NCBI GenBank assembly: GCA_963695075.1
Contig: CAVOFR010000005.1
Coordinates: 196,352-260,351 of the forward strand
Direction: 5' to 3'
DNA from: an uncultured Acidimicrobiales bacterium
GTDB taxonomy: Bacteria; Actinomycetota; Acidimicrobiia; Acidimicrobiales; CAWCAL01
DNA length: 64,000 nt
This document shows positions 13,406 to 26,769 of the stretch, in pieces. Position 1 is the first letter of the stretch. Every line of letters starts with the position of its first letter. Position numbers and translations under genes: made by a program. A model generated the notes under the pieces. It was given only the letters and a program-made list of their open reading frames with translations, did no database searches and was not told the origin of the DNA.

Positions 13406-13626
13406 TTCTTGTTTGCTCCCGTCCGGCATCCTGGCGCCCGCCTGCGGCCCAGGCGTCGGGCGCTCAACGAAGGTTTCGCTATCCCGACACCTGCGCCGCA
13501 GGCTCCATCCGACCCGAACGACCAGTCCAGAACTTGACACCCACATCCGCATCCCGCTCGGCTTCGGCTGAGATCTGACAGTTCCATACCACTCGGCCAG
13601 GCCAGGTCGGGGAGAGAGGCAGAGAC

Positions 13627-17541
<3,915 letters not shown>

Positions 17542-17587
17542 GATCGGCGCCACGACGTCCGGCGCAGGCCGTGGCCGGATCTGAGAG

Positions 17588-18364
17588 GTGAGAGCACCTC
17601 CGGGGGTGCTCCGCCGCTTCCCCCTTCTCCGTGCCGTATCGGCCGCGCTCATGGTGCTGGCGGCGACCGGCTGTCAGGTGGATGTCGACGTGACCGTCAC
17701 GGTCGAGGACGATGCCAGCGGTGACGTGATCGTCGACGTGATCCTCGACGAGGCTGCCGCCGAGAAGGTCACCGAGCTCGACGCGATGCTCGAAACCAGC
17801 GACCTGACCGAGGCGGGCTGGGACGTCGGTCCAGCCGAGTCGACCGCCGCCGGCGGGCTGGTCGTGAGCGCGTCGAAACCGTTCGGAACCGCCGAGGAGC
17901 TGGTGTCGATCCTCGGGGAGGTGGCGGGACCCGAGCAGCTGTTCCGCGACGTCGAGGTGCTGCGCGAGCGGCCGTTCGGCCAGGTCGACCTCGGATTCGG
18001 CGGTGTCCTGGATCCGAGCGGCGGACTCGAGCAGTTCGGCGATGCTGATCTGGGAGCGGCCCTCGGTGGCTTCCCACTCGGCGTCGACCTGGACGAGCTC
18101 GAGGAGGAGTTGGGTGTCGATCCGGCATCGACGGTCTCGGTCAATCTCGAGACCGTGATGGCCGGACAGCAGAACCCGGATCCGGCGGTGTGGACCGTGC
18201 AGATGGATCAGGCCGAACCGGTCAGGTTCGCCACGCTGTCCACGGTGGAACTGACCGAGCCCCGACGATGGGTCAGGTGGGCGATGTTCGCCGCCGTGGC
18301 GTTCGTCGCCGTGGTGCTGATCGAGCTCATCTGGGTGTGGAGTCGCCGCCGCCGTCGAGGCTGA
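17588..18364 (+). CDS. LppM/DUF3153-like lipoprotein with a C-terminal membrane anchor
   Basis: Lipobox LAATGC after a basic N-terminus. Acidic body and a C-terminal TM segment WAMFAAVAFVAVVLIELIWVW followed by RRRRRG. Confidence 0.65.
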   Translation: MRAPPGVLRRFPLLRAVSAALMVLAATGCQVDVDVTVTVEDDASGDVIVDVILDEAAAEKVTELDAMLETSDLTEAGWDVGPAESTAAGGLVVSASKPFGTAEELVSILGEVAGPEQLFRDVEVLRERPFGQVDLGFGGVLDPSGGLEQFGDADLGAALGGFPLGVDLDELEEELGVDPASTVSVNLETVMAGQQNPDPAVWTVQMDQAEPVRFATLSTVELTEPRRWVRWAMFAAVAFVAVVLIELIWVWSRRRRRG

Positions 18365-18447
18365 TCACGGGCTGACCCGTTCCCCGGGAACGGTTGAAGA
18401 TCGGGCGCCGGAATGCCGATGGTCTCAGGAACCGAGGAAACGAGATC

Positions 18448-19422
18448 ATGGCGAACCACACCCCTGACCCTTCGCGCGACGAGCACGAGCCGTCCGAGTC
18501 GACCGAAGCCGCTCGCCTGCTACGCGATGTCCTGGCCGCCGAGCGGGGGGTCGATCTGGCCGCGATCGGGGCGGCACGAGCCGTCTCGTCCCCGCCCGGC
18601 CCGGACCTGGAACCGGAGAGGGAGTCGGGCTCGGGTCGCAAGGTCGCCGGAGCTCTCGTCGTCACTGCGGCGTTGGTGGCCGGGGGCATCTACGCCCGGG
18701 TCTCCTCGTCGCCTGGTGGCGTCCCGGACGTCCTGGCTGCCGCCCCCACCACGGTGCCGGCCATCCCCACGTCGGCCCCGCAGACCACCGTGCCGGCCAT
18801 GACGATCCCCTCGACGACGATCCCCCCGACGACACGGGCGCCGACGACGATCCCCCCGACGACGGCACCGCCGACGACGGCCCCTCCCGCGGCCCAGCCC
18901 GAGCGGGGAGCGGTCTACAAGGACGGCAAGCTCATTCTCCAGGGTGCCGTGCCCAGCCGGGAGGTCGCCGATGCGTTCGTCGAGAAGGCGGCCGAGGTGA
19001 TCGGAGCGGGCAACGTCATCGACGACTATGTGATCGACCCATCCGCGGAAGTACCGACCGATGGTCGCGTCGTCGTGGACGATCCCGTGCTCTTCGCCAC
19101 CGGAAGCATCGAGATCAGCCCCGACTTCTACCCCCTGCTCGATCTCGGTGTCGCCGTGATGCGGTTGAATCCCCAGGTGGTCATGATCGTCGAGGGTCAC
19201 ACCGACGAGGTCGGTGAGACCGACCGGAACCAGAGGCTCTCCGAGGAGCGAGCCCGGGCTGTCGTGGCCTACATCACCGAGAAGGGCGGGATCGATGGGA
19301 GCCGGTTCGAAGTCGAGGGTCGGGGGGAGACCGACCCCGTGGCCGCCAACGACACGCCCGAGGGCCGCCAGCAGAACCGCCGCATCGAAGTCCAGCTGAT
19401 CAACCTCCTGACTCCCGCGTAG
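18448..19422 (+). CDS. OmpA/MotB-family peptidoglycan-binding protein with a Pro/Thr-rich linker
   Basis: C-terminal OmpA_C-like domain (VEGHTDEVGETDRNQRLSEERARAV...NRRIEV), one TM helix, and TTIPPTT/APPTT repeats. ATG at 18448 follows a purine-rich SD; the ORF track's upstream TTG at 18394 is also possible. Confidence 0.8.
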   Translation: MANHTPDPSRDEHEPSESTEAARLLRDVLAAERGVDLAAIGAARAVSSPPGPDLEPERESGSGRKVAGALVVTAALVAGGIYARVSSSPGGVPDVLAAAPTTVPAIPTSAPQTTVPAMTIPSTTIPPTTRAPTTIPPTTAPPTTAPPAAQPERGAVYKDGKLILQGAVPSREVADAFVEKAAEVIGAGNVIDDYVIDPSAEVPTDGRVVVDDPVLFATGSIEISPDFYPLLDLGVAVMRLNPQVVMIVEGHTDEVGETDRNQRLSEERARAVVAYITEKGGIDGSRFEVEGRGETDPVAANDTPEGRQQNRRIEVQLINLLTPA

Positions 19423-19473
19423 CGGGTACGCGCTGCGGGGTGACGTGTCACACCCCTCGCGGACACTTGGTCC

Positions 19474-20916
19474 ATGGCTGCAACCCGGACCTCGTATCGC
19501 TGTCGATCGTGCGCCGCACCTCAAGCGAAGTGGAGCGGCCAGTGCGGCGCGTGCGGTGCATGGAACGCCGTGGTGGAAGAGCCCGTGGAGACCGGCGATC
19601 CCGGGTCTTCCGCCCCCGATCCCGCGGCGCGGATGGGCGACGTCGATCGCGCCGATCACAAGATCCTGCCGACCGGAGTCGGCGAGCTCGACCGGGTCCT
19701 GGGTGGCGGGCTGGTCCCGGGCGCCGTCGCGCTGGTCGGCGGCCCGCCCGGCGTCGGCAAGTCCACCCTGCTGCTCCAAGCGGCGGCCGGGCTGGCTCGG
19801 CGGCACGGACCGGTTCTCTACGTGTCGGCCGAGGAGTCCGCGGCGCAACTGCGCAACCGGGCCGAACGGCTTCGAGCAGTGCATGATGACCTGTGGGTGA
19901 CCGCGGCGTCGGAGCTCCCCGGCATCGGCGAGCATCTGGCGCAGGTGCGGCCCGTGGCCTGCGTCGTCGATTCGATCCAGACGATCCGTGACCCATCCAT
20001 CGGATCGGCGCCCGGAAGCGTCACCCAGGTACGCGACTCGGCGCAGTGGCTGGTGCAGCGGGCTCGTGAGGCGGATGTGGCAATGGTCCTCGTCGGTCAT
20101 CTGACAAAGGACGGCTCACTGGCGGGTCCCAGAGTGCTCGAGCACGTGGTCGACACCGTTGTCAGCTTCGACGGTGACGGGCATCAGACCTTGCGCATGT
20201 TGCGCGCCGACAAGCACCGCCATGGCCCGACCGGCGAGCTCGGTCTGCTCGAGATGACCGGCCGCGGACTGACTGACGTGGTGGATGCCAGCGCCATGTT
20301 CCTGGCCGACCGGTGCGTCGACGTGCCCGGCTCGGCGGTGATCGCCACCATCGACGGTGATCGTCCTCTGCTGGTCGAGCTCCAGTCTTTGGTCGTATCC
20401 AGTCCGCTGCCGGCGCCGCGACGCTCCGCTCAGGGGGTGGATGCCAGTCGACTTTCGGTTCTCCTGGCCGTGCTGCAGCAGCGGGCCGGGGTGCCGTGTG
20501 CCAATCGGGACGTCTACGTCTCGGCCGCCGGCGGGGCGAAGGTGACCGAACCGGGGGCCGACCTGGGTCTCTGCCTGGCCGTCGCCTCGTCGGTGGCAGG
20601 CGTCGCCGTGCCGAGCGATCTGGCTGTGTGCGGCGAAGTCGGCCTGGCCGGTGAACTGCGTCGTCCGACGGGTGTGGACCGCCGGCTGGCCGAGGCGCAC
20701 CGCCTCGGATACCGGACGGTGCTCGTGCCGGCCACGGTCGAACCGGGCCGGATCCCGCTGCGGCTCCTCCGGGCCGGGTCGGTGGCAGAAGCCCTCTCGC
20801 TCGTTCTCGGTCCCGTGAGCGCACCGCGACCGGTAGACTCGGTGCGTGACTCCTCGGCTCAGCGCCTCCATGCTGAGGGCTCTCGCAGCGGTCAGCCCCG
20901 GAACGGGTCTCCGTGA
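19474..20916 (+). CDS. radA: DNA repair protein RadA
   Basis: Zn-ribbon CRSCAAPQAKWSGQCGACGAW, Walker A GGPPGVGKST, KNRFG-equivalent ADKHRHG, and a Lon-like C-terminal domain. Confidence 0.93.
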   Translation: MAATRTSYRCRSCAAPQAKWSGQCGACGAWNAVVEEPVETGDPGSSAPDPAARMGDVDRADHKILPTGVGELDRVLGGGLVPGAVALVGGPPGVGKSTLLLQAAAGLARRHGPVLYVSAEESAAQLRNRAERLRAVHDDLWVTAASELPGIGEHLAQVRPVACVVDSIQTIRDPSIGSAPGSVTQVRDSAQWLVQRAREADVAMVLVGHLTKDGSLAGPRVLEHVVDTVVSFDGDGHQTLRMLRADKHRHGPTGELGLLEMTGRGLTDVVDASAMFLADRCVDVPGSAVIATIDGDRPLLVELQSLVVSSPLPAPRRSAQGVDASRLSVLLAVLQQRAGVPCANRDVYVSAAGGAKVTEPGADLGLCLAVASSVAGVAVPSDLAVCGEVGLAGELRRPTGVDRRLAEAHRLGYRTVLVPATVEPGRIPLRLLRAGSVAEALSLVLGPVSAPRPVDSVRDSSAQRLHAEGSRSGQPRNGSP

Positions 20917-21913
20917 GGCTCTCAACCGCGTCATCCAGGCCGGTAAGGGCGCGCTCATCGTGGTCGGCGACGGGCCGAATGTGCTCAACATCTGCTCGGG
21001 TGGCTTCCTGCTCGACGCCGCCTTCAGCCCCCAGCGTCTCCACGAGCTGGCGAAGATGGACGGGGCCCTGATCCTTGCCGCCGACGCCAGTCGGATCGCC
21101 CGGGCCAACGTCCACCTGGTCCCGAATCCCAACATTCCCACCTCCGAGACGGGAACCCGCCACCGCACGGCCGAGCGCGTCGCCCGTTCCATCGATGTAC
21201 CGGTGATCGCGGTGTCCGAGGCCATGCAGTCCATCTCGGTGTACCGCGGCGACGAGAAGCACGTTCTCGAGGAGATTCCCACGCTGCTCCATCGGGCCAA
21301 CCAGGCCATTCAGACCCTGGAGCGCTATCGGAGTCGGCTCAACGAGGTCACCAGTGCGCTCACCGCGCTCGAGGTCGAGGATCTCGTGACGGTTCGAGAT
21401 GTTGCCATCGCCCTCCAGCGAGCCGAGCGGGTGGATCGCCTCGCCGACGCTCTGAAGGCGCCCATCATCGAGCTGGGTGTCGACGGCCAGCAGATCGAGC
21501 TCCAGCTCGAGGAGCTCCTCGTCGGTGTCGACGAGCATCGGCGTCTCGTCGCGCTCGACTATGCCGGGACCCGGGGCAACGATCCCGAGCAGATCCTCTC
21601 CGACATCGGGGAGCTGGACGAGGCCGAGCTCCTCGACCTCACGTCGGTTGCCGCGGCCCTCACCGGGCACTCCGAAGGGGCACTCGACGACCCCATCCAA
21701 CCCGCCGGCTACCGCCTCCTGTCCCGCGTCCGAGCCGTGCGCGAGGACGTCGCCGAGGAGATCGTCAGTCGGTTCGGCTCACTTCAGAAGCTGCTGCGCG
21801 CCACCACGCACGATCTGCTCGCGGTCCCCGGTGTCAGCGAGACCCAGGCGTGGAACATCAAGGATGGCCTCTCGCGCCTTGCCCAGAGCTCGATTCTCGA
21901 GAGCTACGAGTAG
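20846..21913 (+). CDS. disA: DNA integrity scanning protein DisA (diadenylate cyclase)
   Basis: DAC domain motifs GALIVVGD, DGALIL and TGTRHRTAERV, plus a C-terminal HhH region. It overlaps the radA 3' end. An alternative ATG start lies at 20870. Confidence 0.9.
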   Translation: MTPRLSASMLRALAAVSPGTGLREALNRVIQAGKGALIVVGDGPNVLNICSGGFLLDAAFSPQRLHELAKMDGALILAADASRIARANVHLVPNPNIPTSETGTRHRTAERVARSIDVPVIAVSEAMQSISVYRGDEKHVLEEIPTLLHRANQAIQTLERYRSRLNEVTSALTALEVEDLVTVRDVAIALQRAERVDRLADALKAPIIELGVDGQQIELQLEELLVGVDEHRRLVALDYAGTRGNDPEQILSDIGELDEAELLDLTSVAAALTGHSEGALDDPIQPAGYRLLSRVRAVREDVAEEIVSRFGSLQKLLRATTHDLLAVPGVSETQAWNIKDGLSRLAQSSILESYE

Positions 21914-21945
21914 GGGAACTCTCCGAGTTCCTTGGGAGTCCAACC

Positions 21946-22614
21946 ATGCGCATCGCCCTTCCGTCCGGCACGTCGGCTGAACTGGTCAGACCCACATCGG
22001 GCCCTGCGTCGACCGGGTTGGTCGTCATCCCCGACATCATGGGGCTGCGACCGCTATTCGTCGACATGGCGACCCGGCTGGCCGAGGAGCAGGGTCGGAC
22101 GGTCTGCTGCTTCGAACCGTTCGCCGGGATGGAGCACCTCGAGCTCGCCGAGCGGCTCCAGGCGGTGGGCCAGCTGGATGATGCCCGGATCATGGCCGAC
22201 GCGGTGGCGGCGGCCGATGCCACCGAATGCGGCGCGGTGTCGGTGATCGGGTTCTGCATGGGTGGGATGTACACCTTGAAGGCGGCGGGAACCGGCCGGT
22301 TCACGGCAGCGGTTTCCTTCTACGGGATGATTCACGTCCCGGAGCAGTGGCGCAGTGCCACGCAGGGCGATCCGCTGGCGGCAGCGACGGCCGAAGGTGC
22401 CTGCCCCGTCATGGCGGTCATCGGGACCGAGGACCAGTGGACCCCTACCGCGGACGTGAGTGAGCTCGAGGCCAGCGGTGCCACGGTCGTTCGCTACGAG
22501 GGAGCCGACCACGGGTTCGTCCACGATCCGAGTCGACCGGCCCACCGGCCCGAGGATGCCGCGGATGCCTGGGACCGGGCGCTGGACTTCCTGAACTCGG
22601 TGCCGACGCCCTAG
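21946..22614 (+). CDS. Dienelactone hydrolase family protein
   Basis: 222 aa with nucleophile-elbow-like IGFCMGG and C-terminal GADHGF. The start was chosen at the ATG after GGGAG because the longer ORF would overlap disA. Confidence 0.7.
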   Translation: MRIALPSGTSAELVRPTSGPASTGLVVIPDIMGLRPLFVDMATRLAEEQGRTVCCFEPFAGMEHLELAERLQAVGQLDDARIMADAVAAADATECGAVSVIGFCMGGMYTLKAAGTGRFTAAVSFYGMIHVPEQWRSATQGDPLAAATAEGACPVMAVIGTEDQWTPTADVSELEASGATVVRYEGADHGFVHDPSRPAHRPEDAADAWDRALDFLNSVPTP

Positions 22615-23267
22615 CGGGCGCGGATCTCGAGCTGTTCCCGGTTGGTGACGCGATAGCGGCGGTCCCGCTGTTCGAGCCAGCCCAGCTTCACGAAGGAAGC
22701 GATGGCCTTGTTGACCCGTTCGCGTGACGCGCCGAGCATGCCGGCGAGCTCCTCCTGCGTGATGGGCAGCATGAACTCGTCGTCGTCTCCGGCGAGGTCG
22801 AGAAGCCGTTTTGCGGTGCGACCGGTCACATCGAGGAACACCGAATCGGCAAGAGCGGCGTCCATGTTTCGGAGCCGCGTCGTGAGGAGGTTTATGACGC
22901 CCCACAACAGCTCGGGCCGTCGCTGGTAGAGCTCGGTGATCGGCGCGTAGGGGATCGCCAGGACGGCCGATGGTTCGAGCGCCCTCGCCTCGGCTGACCG
23001 GCCCTTCTGATCGAACAGGGGCATCTCACCGAAGAGGTCCCCGGGCTCCATCAGGGCCACCATCGACTCGCGGTCGTCGATCGACTTGTTGGAGATGGCG
23101 ATCCGGCCGATGGTGACGACGAACAACTCGCCCGAGGTGTCGCCCTCGTCGAAGAGGATGTCGCCCCGCTCGAGAGATTTCTCGGTCGCCGCGGCTTCGA
23201 TGGGCTCGAGAGCGTCATCGTCGAGGTCGGAGAAGAGTTCGACATGGCGGAGCAGGTCGGCGTGCAC
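22611..23267 (-). CDS. Crp/Fnr-family transcriptional regulator (cNMP-binding domain plus HTH)
   Basis: 218 aa from GTG (VHADLLRHVELFSDL...). The cNMP-binding core is GDLFGEMPLFD...RSAEARA and the HTH is TQEELAGMLGASRERVNKAIASF. It is colinear with actinobacterial Crp/GlxR. The upstream part of the 336-aa ORF is low-complexity and would overlap ispD. Confidence 0.85.
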   Translation of the reverse strand: MHADLLRHVELFSDLDDDALEPIEAAATEKSLERGDILFDEGDTSGELFVVTIGRIAISNKSIDDRESMVALMEPGDLFGEMPLFDQKGRSAEARALEPSAVLAIPYAPITELYQRRPELLWGVINLLTTRLRNMDAALADSVFLDVTGRTAKRLLDLAGDDDEFMLPITQEELAGMLGASRERVNKAIASFVKLGWLEQRDRRYRVTNREQLEIRAR

Positions 23268-23346
23268 CGGGCCATCGTAGGAGACGTTGGCAGGTCGGCC
23301 CAGCGGGACGGCTGGTCGGTGCACACCGGGCCGGTACGCTCGCCGT

Positions 23347-23976
23347 GTGCGCGAGGTCTGGGTCATCATCGTCGGGGCCGGATCCGGCGACCGCTTCGGC
23401 GGGCACAAGCAGTACGAGGCCATGGGTGAGGGGACCGTGCTCTCCACGTCCGTCGCAGGGGCGCGGTCCATCGCCGACGGTGTGGTGGTCGTGGTTCCTG
23501 CCGAGCGCCGAGATGTGGATGCAGTGACCTTCACCGACGCGGTCGTTGTTCCGGGAGGAGCCACACGGTCCGCCTCCGTCCGGGCCGGGCTCGCTGCGAC
23601 TCCGACGAGTGCAACCCACATCCTCGTGCATGACGCGGCGCGGCCATTGGCACCCCCGACGCTCTACCGAGACGTCGTCGAAGCGCTCGGAGATGGGGCC
23701 GATGCCGTCGTCCCGGTCGTTCCGGTGACCGACACGATCTGCGACACCGACGGTCGGGCCGTCGACCGGACGGCGCTGCGAGCGGTCCAGACCCCCCAGG
23801 GATTCAAGGCCTCCGTCCTGCGGTCGGTCCACGAGGACGAGCCGGAGGCCACCGATGACATCTCGCTGGTCCGGGCCGCAGGTGGCAAGGTGAGGGTCGT
23901 GGACGGCAGCGCTCGCAATCGCAAGATCACCGAACCGGAGGACTTGATCGCGGCGCGTGCGGTGCTCGAATCATGA
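23347..23976 (+). CDS. ispD: 2-C-methyl-D-erythritol 4-phosphate cytidylyltransferase
   Basis: N-terminal VIIVGAGSGDRFG motif and ATDDISLV. The stop overlaps the ispF start. GTG at 23347 was chosen as start; the ORF track begins at 23287. Confidence 0.88.
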   Translation: MREVWVIIVGAGSGDRFGGHKQYEAMGEGTVLSTSVAGARSIADGVVVVVPAERRDVDAVTFTDAVVVPGGATRSASVRAGLAATPTSATHILVHDAARPLAPPTLYRDVVEALGDGADAVVPVVPVTDTICDTDGRAVDRTALRAVQTPQGFKASVLRSVHEDEPEATDDISLVRAAGGKVRVVDGSARNRKITEPEDLIAARAVLES

Positions 23977-24461
23977 GCTTTCGTATCGGCCAGGGGTTCG
24001 ACGTACATGCTGCCTCGGAGGATCGGTCGCTGCCTCTCGTGCTGGGAGGTGTGGTGTTTGCCGAGGGTCCGGGGCTGGTCGGCCACAGTGACGGCGACGC
24101 GGTCGCCCACGCCTGTGCCGAGGCGCTTCTGGGCGCCGCCGGCCTCGGTGATATCGGCCAGCGATTCCCCGACACCGATCCGGCCCTCGCCGGGGCGGAC
24201 AGCATCGAGCTCCTGCGCACCGTGGCCTCGGATGTGGCCGCCGCCGGCTGGCATGCCGTCAACGTGGACTGCTCGGTCGTGTGTGAGTCGCCCAGGATCG
24301 CTCCGGCGCGGGGCGAGATGGAGGAGCGGCTCTCGGCCGCGATCGGCGCCCCGGTCACGGTGAAGGGCCGACGTCCCGAGGGTCTGGGAGCGCTCGGCCG
24401 GGGAGAGGGCATTGCCGTGTTCGCCGTGGCCCTGTTGGAGTCCGCGGCGGACCGCTCGTGA
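23973..24461 (+). CDS. ispF: 2-C-methyl-D-erythritol 2,4-cyclodiphosphate synthase
   Basis: RIGQGFDVHA....GHSDGDAVAHA...LGDIG..FPDTDP motifs; 162 aa. Confidence 0.95.
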   Translation: MSFRIGQGFDVHAASEDRSLPLVLGGVVFAEGPGLVGHSDGDAVAHACAEALLGAAGLGDIGQRFPDTDPALAGADSIELLRTVASDVAAAGWHAVNVDCSVVCESPRIAPARGEMEERLSAAIGAPVTVKGRRPEGLGALGRGEGIAVFAVALLESAADRS

Positions 24462-25306
24462 GTCAGCAGAAGCGAGGTCGGCACTCGGCGAAGACCGGCG
24501 GGCAGCGCGGCCGCGGTGGAAGGGGAAAGGGCCCACCTCGACCGTCGCAGTCGCGCCGCGATGGCGGACCCAAGAGCAAAGGGGTCGGGGGTGAGCAGGT
24601 GGAGGGTCGTCAGGCCGTGCGTGAGCTGCTGCTGGCGGGGAAGCGCAGAGTTCGGGAGCTCACCATCTCCGGCGACGACGAGGCCTTGGAGGATCTCGTC
24701 GATCTGGCTCACGAACTGAGAGTCACCGTCGACGAGGTGAGCGACAACGCATTGCGCCGGATCGCTCGGACGTCAGCTCCGCAGGGAGTTGTGGCAAGAG
24801 CGGCACCGCTCGAACCCGTCGAGCTCGCCGACCTCGCCCGGAACGCGGATCACCCCCCATTCCTGGTCGCGCTCGACGGCGTCACCGATCCGGGCAACCT
24901 GGGGGCGGTCATCCGTTCGGCGGAATGTGCCGGCGCCACGGGTCTCGTGCTGCCTCGCCACCGAGCGGTCAACGTCACGCCCGCCGCAGCCAAGGCCGCT
25001 GCAGGAGCGATAGAACATCTCCCGATCGCGCTCGTGGGCGGCCTGCCCGCGGCGTTGGGAATGCTGAGCGACGCCGGGGTCTGGAGCGTCGGGCTGGACG
25101 CAGCGGGTTCGTGTTCGCTCTTCGATCTGGACCTCGCCACCGAAGGCGTCATCCTGGTCCTGGGAGCAGAGGGCCACGGTCTGTCGCGACTGGTTCGTCA
25201 GCGCTGCGACACGGTCGTGTCGATACCGCTTGCCGGCCATCTGGACTCGCTCAACGTGAGCGCGGCCGCAGCCCTTGCCTGCTTCGAGGTGGCTCGGCGC
25301 CGCTAG
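24458..25306 (+). CDS. rlmB: 23S rRNA (guanosine-2'-O)-methyltransferase, SpoU/TrmH family (RlmB-like)
   Basis: Basic N-terminal tail, then SpoU motifs LDGVTDPGNLGAVIRSAECAG, LVLGAEGHGLS and IPLAGHLDSLNVSAAAA. GTGA overlap with ispF. Confidence 0.88.
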   Translation: MSQQKRGRHSAKTGGQRGRGGRGKGPPRPSQSRRDGGPKSKGVGGEQVEGRQAVRELLLAGKRRVRELTISGDDEALEDLVDLAHELRVTVDEVSDNALRRIARTSAPQGVVARAAPLEPVELADLARNADHPPFLVALDGVTDPGNLGAVIRSAECAGATGLVLPRHRAVNVTPAAAKAAAGAIEHLPIALVGGLPAALGMLSDAGVWSVGLDAAGSCSLFDLDLATEGVILVLGAEGHGLSRLVRQRCDTVVSIPLAGHLDSLNVSAAAALACFEVARRR

Positions 25307-25347
25307 GACGCCGTTGAACCAGTGCCTGCAGCAGTCCCAACCCTCTC

Positions 25348-26623
25348 CTAGAGGAGTTCGGTGCCGTCGGGGCGGTGGATGTGCCAGCGTGCCTGGCCGC
25401 GTCGATAATCCGCTGCGGTGCCGTCGTCTTGGAGGGTGATGGTGAAGTGGTGGTTGTGTGGCGTGGTCGATTTCGCAGTGTTCGGAGGGGATCTCGCAGC
25501 CGGTCCAGGCACAGATGGCTCGGGCCAGTTGGGCGGCTTGTCGGGCTGATCCGGTGAAGAACCGTGATTTGCGTCCGAGGTCGGTGACGACGCTGCGGGT
25601 GTCGAACACGGCCCGGCGGAGTTGTCCGGTGAGGATGGCCGCGAAGGCGTCGGATGGTTCGATCGGGTCGCCGGCCAGCGTGGAGCACCGGCGGGTGCGG
25701 TATCCGGCCGGATCGGTCATCGGGTCAGGCCGTGTGCCTGCGGCTTGTTCGAGGGCGGTCTGGTGGTCGATGACGATGTTGACCAACGGTTCGGGGGTGG
25801 TCCCGTCGGCGGGTTGGGTGACGGCGCGGCGGCAGAGCTCCCAGAACCCGTCGGCTCTGCGTTGGGCTGCGGTGCGGGCCAGGTTGGCTTGGGTGGCCCG
25901 GTCGCCGTGTTCGGCCTTGGCTTTGTCCCAGTCGACGGTGGTTTCGGCTCGGGTGAAGCCGCCCAGGATGTGTTTGATGATCGACCCCTGGGTCGGACCG
26001 AACCGGCCCTCCAGGTGCCAACCGCCATCGAAGTCCCGGGTGATGCGGACGTCGCGCCCGTCGTGGGCGGCCTTGGCTTTCTGGGTGGCGCCGTCGGCGT
26101 CGACATGACGCTCCCAGGATCCCAGCAACGTCGTGAACTCTCTGAACGAGTGGGTCCGAGCATCCTCGAGCAGCAGTTCTTCGGCCGCGGGCATGAACTG
26201 GGCGACTCTGGGGTTGGCGTGGGTGCGGGCCAGGGCGTCGATCTGACAGGATCCGACCTCGCCAGTGCCATAGGCCGCGGCCACCGTCGGCAGGTCGCGT
26301 AGCATCCGAACCCGCTTGTGGCGCCGGTTCGCTTCGGCACCCGAGAGACGGCCCAGGTGGCGGATCATGACCTTGGCCGACATGTGCCCATCAGGCCTGT
26401 ACGCGCCGGTGCGATCGACCCGATCCAACACCCTGGCCTCGACCGAACCCAACCGGCGGGAAGCAGCCACCAACGCCGGTACCGCGTCGAGCTACTCCGG
26501 GTCGGTCGCAGCTTCCAGATCCAACCCGGCCAACTCCGACAACACACCATCGAGTCGCACGGTCAGATCACCGAGCCGGTCGACGGCTTCGGTTGCTTCT
26601 CTCCTCTTTCGGCCCGACTCCAC
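25348..26623 (-). pseudogene. DUF222 / HNH-endonuclease (13E12-repeat-like) gene remnant
   Basis: DUF222-type body (LDAVPALVAASRRLGSVEARVLD...) ending in CAWTGCEIPSEHCEIDH. There is an in-frame TAG at 26492-26494 between a GTG at 26623 and the body. A frameshift after CEIDH is needed to reach the plausible C-terminus ...HNHHFTITLQDDGTAADYRRGQARWHIHRPDGTELL* (stop 25348-25350). The length of 1276 nt equals 3n+1. Confidence 0.7.
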
Positions 26624-26769
26624 GCTTCAACACTACGCAGGGGGCATGACAGTCACTCCCGACCCATCACCACCCAACCCCGAACGCCGAGCGGCCGCAC
26701 CCCATCCGCCGCCAGCATCGACCACCAACCCCTTGGAACCACGCCGCTAGGGGCGGCCCGCCGAACCCC

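Noticed and set aside
13534-13539. TTGACA hexamer in the rpoB-rpoC spacer as an internal rpoC promoter
   Set aside because: No TANNNT-type -10 element lies at 16-19 nt downstream; the sequences there are CTCGGC and TCGGCT.
22611-22614. Overlapping convergent stop codons (CTAG) of the dienelactone hydrolase and the Crp-like gene
   Set aside because: The overlap is real but is a trivial consequence of the palindromic CTAG. No functional implication can be supported.
24773-25347. 3' extension of the 566-aa minus-strand ORF running antisense through rlmB
   Set aside because: The translation after CEIDH is Pro/Arg/His-rich nonsense and overlaps a well-supported rlmB on the opposite strand. It is an artefact of an open frame in high-GC DNA combined with a frameshift in the HNH remnant.
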